DNA of 64,000 bases from Malacoraja senta (GCA_038087875.1 CM075982.1:60512001-60576000), one strand, 5' to 3'. Counted from the stretch's first letter, positions 1-13,113 are shown. Made by a program: numbers and translations. The notes: a model not told the origin generated them from the letters alone.

Positions 1-210
1 CTACGTTAAGTAAATTGGTAGGGAATCAGTGGGGGGGGGGGGTGGATGCCGAGAACAAAGTGGGGCCATTGGGAACTATAATTAATTATTTGTAACTTTG
101 TTGTGCCCTCTTCGTGGTGACACTTTGCATACCGTGTGTATGGTATGCAAAACAAAGAATTTCACTGTGGCACATCACATGCGACAATCAGGTATCAATC
201 GATCAATTGA
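1..210 (+). mobile_element. Rex1/Babar-like LINE 3' UTR/tail fragment
   Basis: Ends in aaaacaaagaatttcactgtggcacatcacatgcgacaat followed by short repeats, the same tail style as the Rex1-like copy at 43487-43820. Confidence 0.4.
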
Positions 211-596
211 TCAGTGGCCTAAATATGCCTGAAAACAACATGAGAGTATAGGACTACCAGCTTTCCAGATGCATGATATGAGGAGTGAAGATTTGGACTT
301 TAAATGAAGTAACTCCTTTAATTCAGCCGTACTTATACATGGGTGGCATCAGGATAACTGATCCAAGATAAGGAAAGTGATTGGTAAAATAAAGTTCTTC
401 CAGGGATGTCCCTTGCTTCCACTCCAGTATGATAGGTTTTGAGGTGGCTAATGCGTTGAAATAACATAATGCTAACAAAGGCACTGTCTTTCAAAATCAA
501 AACCCACCAGCTTTCTTAAAATGAATGACACTAAATTGAAAAAGGATGTGGTTTTCCATCGCTTCTTGGACATCCTAGTTTCCTTAACAACACGAG

Positions 597-1195
597 AAAG
601 CAGAAATTAAAAAAAAGAAAAACTCAGAAGGCCAGACAACATCTGTGGAATAAAACGGAGTTAATGGCTCAGGTCGGTTCTGATGAAAGGTTTTCAATCT
701 GAAAGGTAAGTTTGTTTCCCTTTCTACAGGGCAGGCTAGGACTTTATTCCTTAGAGCACAGGAGGCAGAGAGGTGATGTTCTAGAGGTGTATAAAATCAT
801 GAGAGGTATAGATATGGTGAATCCACAGAGGTAAGGGAATCAAAAACAAGAGGACATATGTTGAAGGTGAGAGGGACAATATTTAATATGAAGGGCAACA
901 TTTTTACTCAGAGAGTGGTGGGTACATGGAACAAGCTGCCAAAGTTGGTTGTTGAGGCAGATACTATAACAGCATTTAAAGGGCACTTGGACAGGTACAT
1001 TGAAAGGCATAATGAAGGTTTCAAAGGATATGGGCCAAACATAGGCAAATGGGACTAGCTTACATGGGGTATCTTGGTCGGCATGGATATTGGGCTGAAG
1101 GGCCTGCTTTCGTGCTGTAAAATTAAGACTATGACCTTCTGAGCGTTTCCAACATTCTTGGCTTTTGCTTCAAATTTGCAACATTTGCATTTTTT
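597..1195. mobile_element. Old palindromic Penelope-derived repeat with hammerhead-like core, split by a CR1 insertion
   Basis: aaactcagaaggccagacaacatctgtgg arm; core ctgatga-a-aggtt-ttc-aatct-gaaa at ~680-704; second arm resumes at ~1132 (tgaccttctgagcgtttccaacatt...ttgcaacatttgca). Confidence 0.6.
729..1133 (+). mobile_element. CR1 (HER1-like) LINE 3' fragment
   Basis: ORF 858-1058 has CR1 ORF2 C-terminal motifs (FTQRVVGTWNKLP, FKGHLDRY, GYGPNIGKWD), followed by the tail ttgggctgaagggcctg. Confidence 0.9.
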
Positions 1196-1209
1196 TAACG
1201 TTCAACACC

Positions 1210-1345
1210 AGAGAACAGATTGTCTAGTTATCACATTGTACGTTGTGAGATCTTGCTAAATCTAAATCAATGTTGGTGTTTCCTGCATTGTAATTAGAAA
1301 AATCTGCTAAAAGTAACTAATTAGTTGTAAAGCATCTTTATTTGT
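1210..1345 (+). mobile_element. Deu-domain SINE (SacSINE1/AmnSINE-like) 3' part, decayed
   Basis: tcacattgtacgttgtgagatcttgct...gtttcctgcattg...aagtaactaattagttgtaaagc resembles the Deu core plus L2-type tail (recalled consensus). Confidence 0.55.
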
Positions 1346-3562
1346 GATGTGAAGGATATTTATAATATGGGGTATCTTGGTCGGCATGGATGTTGGGCTG
1401 AAGGGCCTGCTTTCGTGTTGTAAAACTCTAAGACTATGACCTGAGCATTTCCAGATTTATAATATCCTTCACATTCTTCACATATAACGCCTTATGCATT
1501 CAATTTTGATGATATATCTCATGGAGAAATCTGCAAATATTGCGTGGATGAAACATGATGGGATAAAATAATGACCATGTGATGGGAATCAGTAAGTCTG
1601 AGGAATGGTGGTTTTTTTCTTGTTGGTTAAAGGTGAGGATTCAAGTTCCCATTGGCCTTGATGTTATGATCAAACCTGCCAATAAATGATCTGGAAAAGT
1701 GTGTCAATAGCTTCATCTCAATAAGCTGTAAATCAAAATATTTAGATATATATGGTAAGGATTAATTGTGAGATGCTGTCAAAAATGTAATAGAGGTGAA
1801 TATCAGAGTGAGAATGGATAACATTCCAGTTAATTAAATTAAGCCGATCCTCTCAAAAAATATATGGCATGTTAAGATGTAGTATAATTGGAGGCACAAA
1901 GACAAAGTCTAAAAATGGTAGATTAAGGTGAGATGGAAAGTGCTTGACTTTTTTGAGAATTAGTCAAACACTGGATTAATTTATTTGCAAGAGAAGTTGC
2001 AGAGGTAATGAGATTATACGTTTTCCATGTCAAATTGGATAAACATCATGAGTTAAGGCATATGGATTTCTGCTGTTCAAATATAATGGTGTCTCTCAGT
2101 CCTGGGATTTGTTTTATCTGCCTGAGTTTTCCTACAATGGGGAATCCTTGTTTCCTTTGTAATCCTCTACTTTAAATGCTGAACAAGTGTTAATACCACC
2201 AGACTCATTTATAAAGGTCATGTGGCTCATTTCTAGCTCATTAAAGTCATTATTTTTTATATTTGCTACCGGGCAACTAAATCAGTGGTCAGCACATTTA
2301 TTATTCCAGCGAAAGTGGAAAATTTAGACTTTAACGCCCACCCTGAGAAAATCAAAGCCCAGGGTCCAATTTAAGAAAAGTCTCTTTTAAAATACTTGTA
2401 AATCATAATTATACATTTCATCTTTTATCATAGACTGGATTGAGTGTTTGTGCTGGAAAGTCACCAGGATAGAACAAGCCGATGAATAATCACATCTGGA
2501 CTGAAGCAAACTGAAGGGTCACCACACTCTGGTCACGAAGACCTGGCTTTCTTATCAACTCTATTTCTTTCACTGCTTATTGCTGAGCAGATGTGAGGAC
2601 TGTATAATATCAGGAAGAAATTACAAGGAAGCAATCTTTTCAAAGAGACTTTTACCATCCCCTTTCAACACCATCAACAAAGCTACCTAAAGTCAAATGT
2701 TGCTATTAAGACTTACTTCTGTGACAGCATTTCCGCATGGATAGATATTGCTTCTTCGATAACCACAGATCAGTCCAGAAGCTGCAGCTGTGGGGAGCAC
2801 TTCTATTTGCAAACTGAGGTAAGGAACTAAAAAAAACGATTTTGAATTCGGAATCATTTAAAGGAAATATAGAAACAAACACTGTTTAAAATGTCTGGCT
2901 GAGCAATATCTTTTCGGGTACTTCACTGGAAATTAATTCTTACTCTTCAAGAATAGCATTATTGAATATATGTTACAGAGATTTCAAAATTGATTAATCG
3001 CACTGTTTTTGTTGCAACAAAAAACACTTTTTTTCGTCCAACAAATCTGCATGACGAACAAGCCTCTTTATCAATAACACAAACAACAAAAATATCTATC
3101 TGAAACAACAAAAATATCTATTTTATTTCCAAAATACATTTGCTACAAAGAAAATGTTTTTGCAATGTATGCAGCCTGGTTAAATATTTCATTGGGGAAA
3201 AAAATTGTTCTAGCATTTGGTCCCAATTCCAAATAAAAGGGATCAATTACCTTGCAATATATATATGTGCAAAATGAAAGAAATTCTGTGCATCTTAGCT
3301 TTAGGTTTTCCAGCACTACCATGGTTCTGAGGTACATATTTCTGTACATGTAACATCTTTGCAACTGATCAAAAATATAATTATAAGAACTGGAGTTGTT
3401 ATTAGCATCAGCTACCACAATCTGCATAAGCTGTGAAACTGAACCCACACTTTTTCATTTTTGGGGTATTACATGAGTCCTCAGAGTTGATATTGATAGG
3501 TCGGCTGATCTTGATGCCTGTTTGGGAGCACAATGATCTTATGCTAATCCTTTCTTTTAGAC

Positions 3563-3763
3563 AGTGGCACAGTGCTAGAGTAAGTGTTAGCCTTATATTA
3601 CCAGAGACCCGGGTTCAATCCTGACTATGGGTGCTGTCTGTACGGAGTTTGTATGTCCCCCTGTGACTGCGTGGGTTTTCTCTGGATGCTCCAGTCTGCT
3701 CTCGCACTCCAAAGACATGCAGGCTTGTAGGATATTTGGCTTCTGTAAATTGTCCCTAGTGTG
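3563..3763 (+). mobile_element. HE1-type V-SINE, 3'-truncated
   Basis: tRNA-like head with B box (ggttcaatcc) and V-domain gctgtctgtacggagtttgtatgt...gtgggttttctctggatgctcc. Confidence 0.85.
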
Positions 3764-4781
3764 TTATGTTACCAAGCAGTTTTTGAAACAGTCATCAGAA
3801 AATCTGCATAGTTCTTCCCAATCTGGAGATTTCCCAATGGTAAAAAATTCAACAGAAATCGTTGGCCATTAAGTTTGTGCTGTGGAGGGTTGCTATGCCA
3901 AATGAAGGAGAGACAACAGCTTCCATCTCATCCAAGGAGAAGATGATGAGAGAGACCAAAGGACATGGCTGATCTATCAATACATGGAGCATGCAATGTC
4001 AATTTCTAGCAATAACCTGTGCAAGGTATAGGCCTGAGCCCTGTTCCTCTGTGCTTAGCAGATGTACCACATCCCCGGCCCCTTCAACATCAGCCCACAC
4101 AGATAGCCAGGCACACTCCATCTTCTCCTTGGATGGAGCTCAGTACAGTATCGTCCCTCACTGCAAGAATGGCATTGGTGACTCTGAACTGCTATGTTGC
4201 TCTGTATTTGTATTGACACATTGTTGTTTTATGCCCATCCGTTTGATGCAAAGAACAGTTTGTTTCATTAGGGCAATGAGCAGATGGGGAATGGCTGCTG
4301 TTTCATTGGTTATACGGTTCTGTGCCATTTACAGTCTCTTGGTCTTAACCCTGTTTCTGAAATTGTATCTTCTCCATTGACTTTTGACCACAGCCGGGCA
4401 TTATGTCTGTGCCTGGCAAAGGACAGCATTGATTTTCTACACTTGATGTCTACTGACTGGAGAGAGCAGCAGAGCAGCTGTCAAGTTTCCTGGTTGCCTG
4501 CTACATACTGGACAACCTTGTCATCTTGAGGACACGGACCATCCCACTTGCTATAAGACAAGCAGCTGAAGAACAGTCCAGGCAATACAGATAGCCATTC
4601 TGTTCCCATGTTATTTGCAAAGAATTTCATCCAAGTGCGATTCCTGCAAGCACTTCAATTCCCATTCATTACCAAATCCATAACTTATCTTTTCATTAAT
4701 GAGCATAGCATCTGCTTGACCTCAAATAAACATTCAAAGCTAAAGGTAAAATTGAAATCATGCTACATTTAATATTAAAAG

Positions 4782-5002
4782 TTTAAGAAGGAACTGCAGA
4801 TGCTGGAAAAATCGAAGGTAGACAAAAATACTAGAGAAACTAAGCGGGTGAGGCAGCATCTATGGAGCGAAGGAAATAGGTGACGTTTCGGGTCGAGACC
4901 CTTCTTCAGACTGAAAAAGGGTCTCGACCCGAAACATCACCTATTCCTTCGCTCCACAGATGCTGCCTCACCCGCTGAGTTTCTCCAGCATTTTTGTCTA
5001 CC
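4782..5002. mobile_element. Palindromic Penelope-derived element with back-to-back hammerhead-like cores
   Basis: ~95-bp inverted arms centred at ~4910; near-perfect TSD tttaatat(t)aaaag at 4768-4781 and 5003-5015. Confidence 0.85.
4882..4909 (-). ncRNA. Minimal (short stem III) type I hammerhead ribozyme motif
   Basis: Minus strand reads CUGAAGA-A-GGGUCUCGACCC-GAAA-CG-UC; core intact, stem I weak. Confidence 0.65.
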
Positions 5003-5478
5003 TTTAATATAAAAGGCATAATGTGATTTCCTTGGTACCATTCTCCATGAGTCTTTCCTACCCTCGCGGTCCTACCCACTGCAAACCCAAAACAACAACA
5101 TGGCTGGTAGAAGGACAATGGCTTTCAACAGAACATACAGTAGTTGGGTTAGAAGATGCCCTCAAGCTATTCTGGCTGAGAGGTGTAGCATCGGTCTTGT
5201 GTAGCAACAACCTAGGTTAATTGGCTGACAGTCAATGGCAAACATATTAGTTGAATGTAAGGTGTTGCAAGACAAATGGTCTCCTTGAGCCTTTGCAATA
5301 AACTTCCACACCACGGAGTTACTTTCACGACCACCTCTGCCTTAAAAAAAACTTCCAGCAAGCCAGCACTGATGGCATATGGGGCATGTATATCATCATC
5401 TTTGATGTATTCAATGTCACCGCTAGCCACCACCTCAGAAGTTGGAGTGTCAGTGTAAGTCAACAGTCCCGATAATCT

Positions 5479-5573
5479 AAGGTAGACACAAAATGCTGGA
5501 ATAACTCAGCGGGACGGGCAGCATCTCTGGAGAGTAGGAATGGGTGACGTTTCGGGTCGAGACCCTTCTTCAG
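5479..5573 (-). mobile_element. Penelope-derived short element with intact hammerhead-like core (5546-5573)
   Basis: 15-bp TSD cagtcc(c/a)gataatct at 5464-5478 and 5571-5585; element stops exactly at the CUG of the core. Confidence 0.85.
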
Positions 5574-6073
5574 TCCAGATAATCTGATGGAAGAGGGTTG
5601 GTGGGTTGTGTGAAACCGCACTGGTTCATCCGAGCACTTTAATCTGTGAAGCTGGAAATCTGGGTTTTCTTTGCAGGAGTCTTAACTTGTACTCCATCAT
5701 CAAGGCACTGGGTGGTTTCTGCTTGCATTTGAAACAGAAGCTGTGATGTTGGCCATCAGGTTCTGGATGACATCTGAGCTCCCAAATATGCAGACAATGT
5801 TGGCCACTACTGGAAAGGATGAGCTATAATCTCTGCATGAGATTGTTACATAGTGGTTAAATTGCTGGACAATCTGCCAGTTCTGAGCCATTCGTTCAGA
5901 TAAAAAAGTTCAAAATCCACCATGAATGTTGGAGAATTTAAATAGTTGCAATTAAATAAATCTGAACTTTAAGAAAATTATCATGCAATCACTTGTACAT
6001 CACTCCAGTTGACTCATAACTGACTCCTTCATTCATTCGGGACAAATAGAGATGGAAAAACAAACTAAAAAAC

Positions 6074-6198
6074 TCTGAAGGATCTCGACCCGAAACGTCA
6101 CCTATTCCTTTTCTCCAGAGATGTTGCCTGACCAGCTGAGTTACTCCAGCATTTTGTGTCTATCCGGTCTAAACCAGCACCTGCAGTTCCTTCCTGCA
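6074..6198 (+). mobile_element. Penelope-derived short element (core partly deleted)
   Basis: ctgaaggatctcgacccgaaacgtcacctattcc...ccagcacctgcagttccttcc; flanked by aaaaactctg repeats. Confidence 0.8.
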
Positions 6199-6352
6199 AA
6201 AATAGAAAAACTCTGTCAGCTTAGTGTCAAATTCCTGGATGCTCCTTGACAATGTCTGTAGGCTTCTCACAAGCCATTCAACATTTCATCTATAAACTTC
6301 TGTAGCAATGTTCCTCTGCAACCTCCTTGCCACCTAGCAAGGTGGTATGTAT

Positions 6353-6605
6353 GAAACATAGAAACATGGAAAATAGGTGCAGGAGGAGGCCATTCAGCTC
6401 TTCGAGCCAGCACCGCCATTCATTGTAATCATGACTGTTCATCCACAATCAGTAACCCTTGCCTGCCTATTCCCCATACCCCTTGATTCAGCTAGCCCCA
6501 AGAGCTCTATCTAACTATTTTAAATTCATCCCGTGAATTGGCCTCCACTGCCTTCCGTGGCAGAGAATTCCACAAGTTCCCAACTCTCTGGGTATAAAGC
6601 TTTCC
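6353..6605 (-). mobile_element. CR1 LINE 3' fragment
   Basis: gaaacatagaaacatggaaaataggtgcaggaggaggccattc tail; similar to 41817-42143 and 53821-54100. Confidence 0.9.
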
Positions 6606-7319
6606 TCTTATATTAGAAGCAGGCCACGTGTCTGGAGAGTCAAGACATAAGGTTCTACCCTTTGTCTGAACTTTCAACAGGCACTTTGGTGAAAGTGAAA
6701 ATTGGTCATTGTGATAATGAAATCAAGTAAAGGTGTCTTCCTTTGCCTTTATCGTTTTGCTTTGCAGTCCAAGGTGTCTGAATTTTTTTTGAAGAGTCAA
6801 AGGGAAGTACATGGTGCAGAGAAGGTGGGAAGTAGGTCCTATGAGCTTCCACCATCTGCAGCTAGTAAATCAGAAGGGAGGGTGTAAGGAGGGAAAGGTG
6901 GGATATGATTATGATTTAATAGGATGTTCAATTCATCTAGTGGTCAAGTCATACCAATTGGTATCCCAGTGATTGCCAACGCTTTCTCCCCCACAATATA
7001 TGGAAATACAATTGTATATTTCCTCTTCTGGTAAGTTGCTGCTGCACTCTATCTTCATCCTTGCAACATCTTTCCTTGTAAGAGAGAGGGACTGGTGCAA
7101 ACAATTACTGTGCATTCTTGAGCTCCGTGGATAAAGTTGATTTCCCATTCACCGGGGCAGCTGTGTGTCGTGCTATTCCTTACAGTTTACAGGTCAGCTT
7201 CATGTGTAGAACACTTCCAGCTCCTGGTCCAGACTTTCTCTGCAATGAATGGCATTGGCTGGACATTACCATCATTGTCAGCATAAAATTGATGTGTTGA
7301 TTGTGTTCCTCAGAAAGGG

Positions 7320-7530
7320 GTAACGGAGCAATGCTGCAACAAAAAGTAGCATGGAGGTTTCCTCAATCGCTCAGGGTGAACAGTTATCCCTCAATCAACA
7401 TCACCAAAACAGGTCATTGGTTAATTGGCCTTTGTGGGGCTTGGTTCTACATAACGAATACTATACGTACTCCCAGCCCTACAATGACTACACTTCAAAC
7501 GCACATCAAACGAGGGCTGCGAAAGAAGTT
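7320..7530 (+). mobile_element. Deu-domain SINE, decayed
   Basis: ttatccctcaatcaacatcaccaaaacag...ctttgtggggcttg...tgactacacttcaaa matches the recalled Deu core. Confidence 0.6.
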
Positions 7531-8439
7531 AGAATGTTTTTCTTTCATTAAACTGCTCTTTCATGAATAGAATTGTTATAGCCTTCAGTATATTTGTGTG
7601 TCAGATTAAAATATTTGATCAATGGTAAACTGGTTCAGGCAAGATTCGAGGTATGTTTATATGATATCAAATTTGGGTGTGTAGCTGAAGTGAAAAATCG
7701 GTTGTTTCGACTGACAGGTTGTTTTAAGCATTGTGCTGATTATTAAAGTTGTAAACAGGCAAGGTTAGGCAGGTTTGGAGAAGTTGCCAATGACTGATTT
7801 GACAGATTTGGTTTCTGGGTGTGTTGATATAATTGACAGGTCATGTTAGGCATGTATTAGGATGATATGTAATGAATAGGTTGTGTATGAGTGGAATATA
7901 TATATAACAATACATAATTGAAGTATGTACTCAAACTGCAACCTTTTCTCAATGTGTGGGCACAGCAGTGTACCAGCAATCTAGATGTCTGGGGTAAAAA
8001 CCCAGGCCTTATGTGTTCATATCCCACCCCAACAAGTTGTGGACAAGTCATGTGCGTAACCCACTGCCCACATATGGAACATTCTCTCTACTGTTCCATC
8101 ATCTAGGCTTCGGATAACATTCGCAATACAATGTGCTGTTGAAAAATCGGTCGTTCACGCAAGCCTAGACAGGTCACAGAATTTATATGGCAGTAGGATA
8201 CTTGCGTATGCAAGTAACATAAATGACATGAACAAAAAGTGCCCAAACTCTCACAAATTTAATTATAAGTGTTAAAATAAATTGTAGTGAAATAAATTAA
8301 GAAAATTACTACTGTATTGGCTTTGCATTGGGAATGAAAGACTGCCAATGCTGCATATAGTTTAGATTATCAAGAGTTTCAAGATAGCGACATGAGATAG
8401 ATACATGAGACATGAAAATGACGCCAAATCTGGCGACTC

Positions 8440-8590
8440 AGTGTCTCAGTGTACACTTGTACTGTATCTGAGATACTTATCTAAGATGTATCTAAGTGGT
8501 TATATATAGTAATACTTGTACTGAACTGTATAATGAATGAATTTCACTGTACCTCGGTACATGTGTCAATTAAAGTACCATGCCATACCA
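8440..8590 (+). mobile_element. Rex1/Babar-like 3' tail
   Basis: gaatttcactgtacctcggtacatgtgtcaattaaa followed by taccatgccatacc. Confidence 0.55.
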
Positions 8591-8593
8591 GCT

Positions 8594-8690
8594 AGATGCA
8601 GGGTCTCAACCCAACATGTCAACCATCCTTCTGTCTTCACAGATGCTGTCTCCACAGTTCCTCCAGCAATTTGTTTTTTGGGTTCAAGAT
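8594..8690 (+). mobile_element. Decayed Penelope-derived short element
   Basis: gatgcagggtctcaacccaacatgtc...cacagatgctg...gttcctccagca. Confidence 0.6.
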
Positions 8691-9134
8691 AGATTTGGGG
8701 GTTTACATAAAGTTGGCTGGCAGATGATGAGGATAAAGGTGAAGTTGCATGTTTTATTTGTTGGTGGAATATAGCAGATAATAATCTACATAGAGACCCC
8801 ACGTTAGGAAAGGGAGATTGATTATGACTATTTGGAACCATGATGGAAATAGAATGACTGACATGCTGTGTGATGTTAGGTCTAGTATATGACTAATTAT
8901 GATGTGTGACAGAAAATTGATGGCGTTGCTAAGATGTTGATTGATAGAATCAAATTTAGGTGGGTTTTGGATGAAGTAAGTACTGCAAAAAGTAGAATGA
9001 CTGATAAAATAGAAAATTTCTAAATACAGTTGACAGATAACAGATAGACAAAGAATGAGATGTGTAATGTTATGCTGGTAGGCAGGCAGAACTGATCATG
9101 GGGTGGATATCATTATTGAAGAAACATGGGGGTA

Positions 9135-10040
9135 AGTTAGGTAGGTGATGCTAAAGTGAGTGGTATTGTAGATAGTGGTTATCAAAAAGTGCAGCAAGAT
9201 CTTGATTGGTTGTGCAGGTGGACTGAGGAATGGAGTTTAATACAGAGAAGTGCGTACTGCTGCATTTTGGGAAGTCAAATCAAGCAAGGACCTACACAGT
9301 GCATGACAGGTCTCTGGAGAGTGTATAAAGCAAAGCGATCTAGGAGTGCAGGTACATACTGTAGTTCCTTGAAAGTGGCGTCACACGAAGATAGGGTGGT
9401 CAAGAAGGCTTTCAGCACATTGGCCTTCATCAGTCAGAATATTGAGTATAGAAGTTGGAAGGCCTTGTTTTAATTGTACAAGACATTGGCAATGCCACAT
9501 TTACAGTATTCTGCTCAGTTTTGGTCACCCTGTTATATGAAATATGTTAAGCTGGAAAGGGTGCAGAGAAGATTTACGAAGATATTGCGAGGATTTGATA
9601 GGCTGGGCTATTGGGAGGTTGAGCAGGCCAAGAGTTTATTCCTTGGTGTGCAGGAGCATGAGGGATGCTTGAAGATGTGTAAAAGAGGAAGAGAGGAATA
9701 AATAGGGTAAATGCACAGTTATTTTACCCACAGTTGGGAAATCAAGAAGCAGAGAACATAGGTTTAAGGTGGGGTGGGAGATTTAATAGGAACCTGAGGG
9801 GCTACATTTTTACACAAAGGGCGGTAGGTATATGGAATGAGCTGCCAGAGGTGGTAGTTGAGGCAGGTACTGTCACAACATTTAAGAAAAACATTTAGAC
9901 AGGGACTTGTATTGGTAGGTTTAGAGGGATATGGAACAAATTCTGGCAGGTGCGACTAGTGTAGATGGGGCATGTTGGTCGGCTTGGGCAAGTTGGGCCC
10001 ATGGGCCTGTTTCCACTCTTTTTGACTCTATGGCTCTATA
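9135..10040 (+). mobile_element. CR1 LINE, RT C-terminus to 3' tail, frameshifted
   Basis: ORFs 9156-9473 and 9474-9701 carry QQDLD..W, VKKAFSTLAFISQNIEYRS, PHLQYSAQFWSP and KLERVQRRFT; CR1 tail follows. Confidence 0.92.
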
Positions 10041-10275
10041 AATTAAAAATTGCATTGTTAGATTGTTGTATGCATATTGGAATCTTCTACTTCTTTAAGG
10101 TAGTTTATATATTTGTTTTCGTTGTTCACTTCCCATTGTCACAGTCAGTGCAGAAGGATGGTATGTTGCCAGCATCCCCCCTTTTGTGACATTAGCATAC
10201 TATTTGAGGTTCTTCAACCAATTATTCTGAGCAAGTGTGACATTGATGTGTGTGTCTCAACTCTCCTTCACTATT

Positions 10276-10564
10276 GGTGGCGCAGCGGTAGAGTTGAACG
10301 CCAGAGACCTGTCGACGGGTGCTTGTCTGTATGGAGTTTGTACATTCTCCTTGTGACCTGTGTGGGTTTTCTCTGGGATCTCCGGATTGCTACCACACTC
10401 TTAAGATGTACATGTTTGTCAGTTAATTGGCTTGGTATAATTTTAAATTGTCCCTAGTGTATGTAGGATAGTGTTCGTGTTCAGGGATCACTGGTCGGCC
10501 CGGACTCGGTTGGCCCAAAGGGCCTGTTTCCGTGCTGTATCTCTTAACTAGGCTAAACTAAACT
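10276..10564 (+). mobile_element. HE1-type V-SINE
   Basis: A box ggtggcgcagcggtag, V-domain, CR1-shared tail aagggcctgtttccgtgctgtatctc with (taaac)n. Confidence 0.9.
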
Positions 10565-11348
10565 ATTTAGAGGAGCATGGCAAGCATGATATCAGGACTT
10601 ACAGACAAAACAAATAAAAACAAAAGATGGACTCCAAATGTTCCAAGGTTCAGTAATTTCTCACTGGTTGCCTTCTTGGAGTTGTGATGGACATTAGGGG
10701 TATCAGAAGGGTAAAGCCACCCTTTAGCACTGAGAAGCTGTAGCTGGAAATTACCACTGAGATGAGTCGCAGAGTACTGTTTAGCATCATTGGATCCAGT
10801 GCTGTGGCAGCTGATATCCTTGTTAGGTCATGGAATATGAGAACAGTGGTTCCATCACTTGCATGTTGATGTAAACTTGCTTTATGTGTTAGCTTCTAAC
10901 AAAATTGCAGGATGCAATTCACAGGTGGTCACCTCCAAAAGTTTGGAAACTGAACCACAAACCCCATAGGTTTGGTTCCAATTCCAAAAATTGTTTCCAA
11001 ATAATTTTCTAAACAAACCTTTCAGCATAACGTCTGTGAAGAAAGCCATTCAAGGGATCACTCATATAAGCAGTTGTGTGGCAGCACTGTTTGTTGCCAC
11101 ATGTCAAGTGTCTAGGCCCCGTGCTAAGCCATGGTGGTTTCACTGGCTTCCAGGTAGCTGGAAAATCCATGTACATGCAGCTGAAGATCACAGCTCCTGT
11201 TAATACTGTTCTCAATGTGCAATTGCAATATTGCAATTGCCAACCTCCTCCTCCCAAGGGAATTCCTGCTCACATCCTCCTGCATACTGGTTAACTGCAG
11301 AAACTGGAGGGCTAGCATTTATTCCCCCATATGCTTCCAAACCTACTA

Positions 11349-11622
11349 GAGCCACAGTCATAGAGTGATACAGTGTGGAAACAGGCCCTTCGGCCCAACT
11401 TGCCCACACCAGCAAACAGTCCCAGCTACACTAATCCCACCTGCCTGCGCTTGGTCCATATCCCTCCAAACCGGTCCTATCCATGTACCTGCCTAACTGT
11501 TTCTTAAACAATGGGATAGTTCCAGCTTAATTACCTTCTCTGGCAGCTTGTTCCATACACCCGCCACCCTTTGTGTGAAAAAGTTACCCCTCGGATTCCT
11601 ATTAAATCTTTTCCCCTTCACT
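11349..11622 (-). mobile_element. CR1 LINE 3' fragment
   Basis: gtcatagagtgatacagtgtggaaacaggcccttcggcccaac...tggcagcttgttccatac...ctttgtgtgaaaaag. Confidence 0.9.
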
Positions 11623-13113
11623 TACAGAGGATAAAATTACCCCCATCATTTTAAACAACTAACTTCATCTCATGGTAGATAGATTAGAGTTGTCAAGCAC
11701 ATCACATCATTGCATCTTGTGTGGTTGCTGGTGTTCAGAGGGTCAGCATCTAATGAAGCACAAAACCGATTGAATCAGTTTTCAAACATTGTGCTAAAGC
11801 AGTACCAGAAAAGTCAATAGGCAAAGAAGATGCTAAATATTTATTGATTAATAAAAAAAACAATTACTGTGTGGGTCTTAATGGCAAAATATTAATGGCT
11901 AATTGCAAATAACAATTTAAACTCTGTAAAATTCCCAAACTTTATGAAATTCCCACACAAGAGATCTCCAACTAAGAATCAGAAATTATATGTTATCTTA
12001 TAAGGTATCTTTTAGGTTCCAAGGCACTTGAAATGTGGATAATTGTTAGACCCTTGTGACAAATCTAAAATGATTCTGATATGTTCTACGGATATATACA
12101 GATGTGTCACATCCTTAAATTTAAATTCAACTATATTAATTTCTTTATATATTTGATCGTTTTTTCTTTTGGCTAATTCATGAATTATACACCCTAACAT
12201 ACTAAAATGGATATTTTCATGAAATGGTATACCACTAAAATATTTCAGTGTTAAAATATTTTAAATATCACAGTGTAATTATTAAGCCAATACACTCTTA
12301 CCTTAGAGTCTTATATTTTGCAGGTACCAAAAGGAAAATGATTATGTTTAATATATGAAGTAACTGATGATGGGTAATGAAATGTAAATATGGATATTGT
12401 AGGGTCAACAAGTGCAAAAGTGTCACAAAATCAATTGAGGACCATACAAAGATTTATAATTTACCTTTGATATTATCCTTTTTGTATTTTGATTGTTTAA
12501 TGAAGTTGGAAATTAATAGCTATTCACGTTAGCTATTTACAATTGACCCAAATAGCCGCCTGTCAGGAAACATGTTGGATAACTGCATTTTATGCACCAT
12601 TAAAACTGTTGGATTATAAAATTGATAAATAGGACTGGTTAGGATTGAGTTGAAAAACATGAGACTGTATCCGGCAGAAAGGTGGTTGATTCACTGTGGA
12701 ACTGAAAATGGTAAAGCTGTGAACGGCTACCACACACAAATATGTTGAACGCACTATGGGTAAGAATAAAAATTAAATTGTCCTTGTCCTTAGTGCAGCA
12801 TATTTGAAGTTAAACCTAGTAAGGTAGCTTTAAAATGTCTGTAAATACGTTTTATATAATGGGGTTAGAATGACAGGCACATCTGATTTTAATTTAGTCA
12901 AAGTGAAAATAGAGATGGATTATTAAATTTTCATTAATAGACTGATCATAAAGTGGAAATTAGAAGTATTGTCTATGAACATACTTCATCAGAGAGTGAT
13001 TTGATGTTGAGATCATTTCTTCATTACCTGTATGTAGCCATTATGCTGTATCCTAATGGCATAACTTAATCATGAGAAATACCATATTACTAGGACTGCA
13101 CTTTGAATGATCT

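Larger units (their letters stand above)
3780..7290 (-). mobile_element. Highly decayed LINE remnant, possibly RTE clade, interrupted by younger insertions
   Basis: Only vague minus-strand peptide resemblance to RTE EN/RT; no open frame. Weak call. Confidence 0.3.

Noticed and set aside
3081-3121. 19-bp tandem duplication aaacaacaaaaatatctat
   Set aside because: Simple slippage duplication in A-rich DNA; no further signal.
4782-5002. miRNA precursor or TIR DNA transposon
   Set aside because: Variable termini, variable 9-21 bp TSDs, single-arm copies and linkage to a GIY-YIG remnant point to Penelope-type retroposition.
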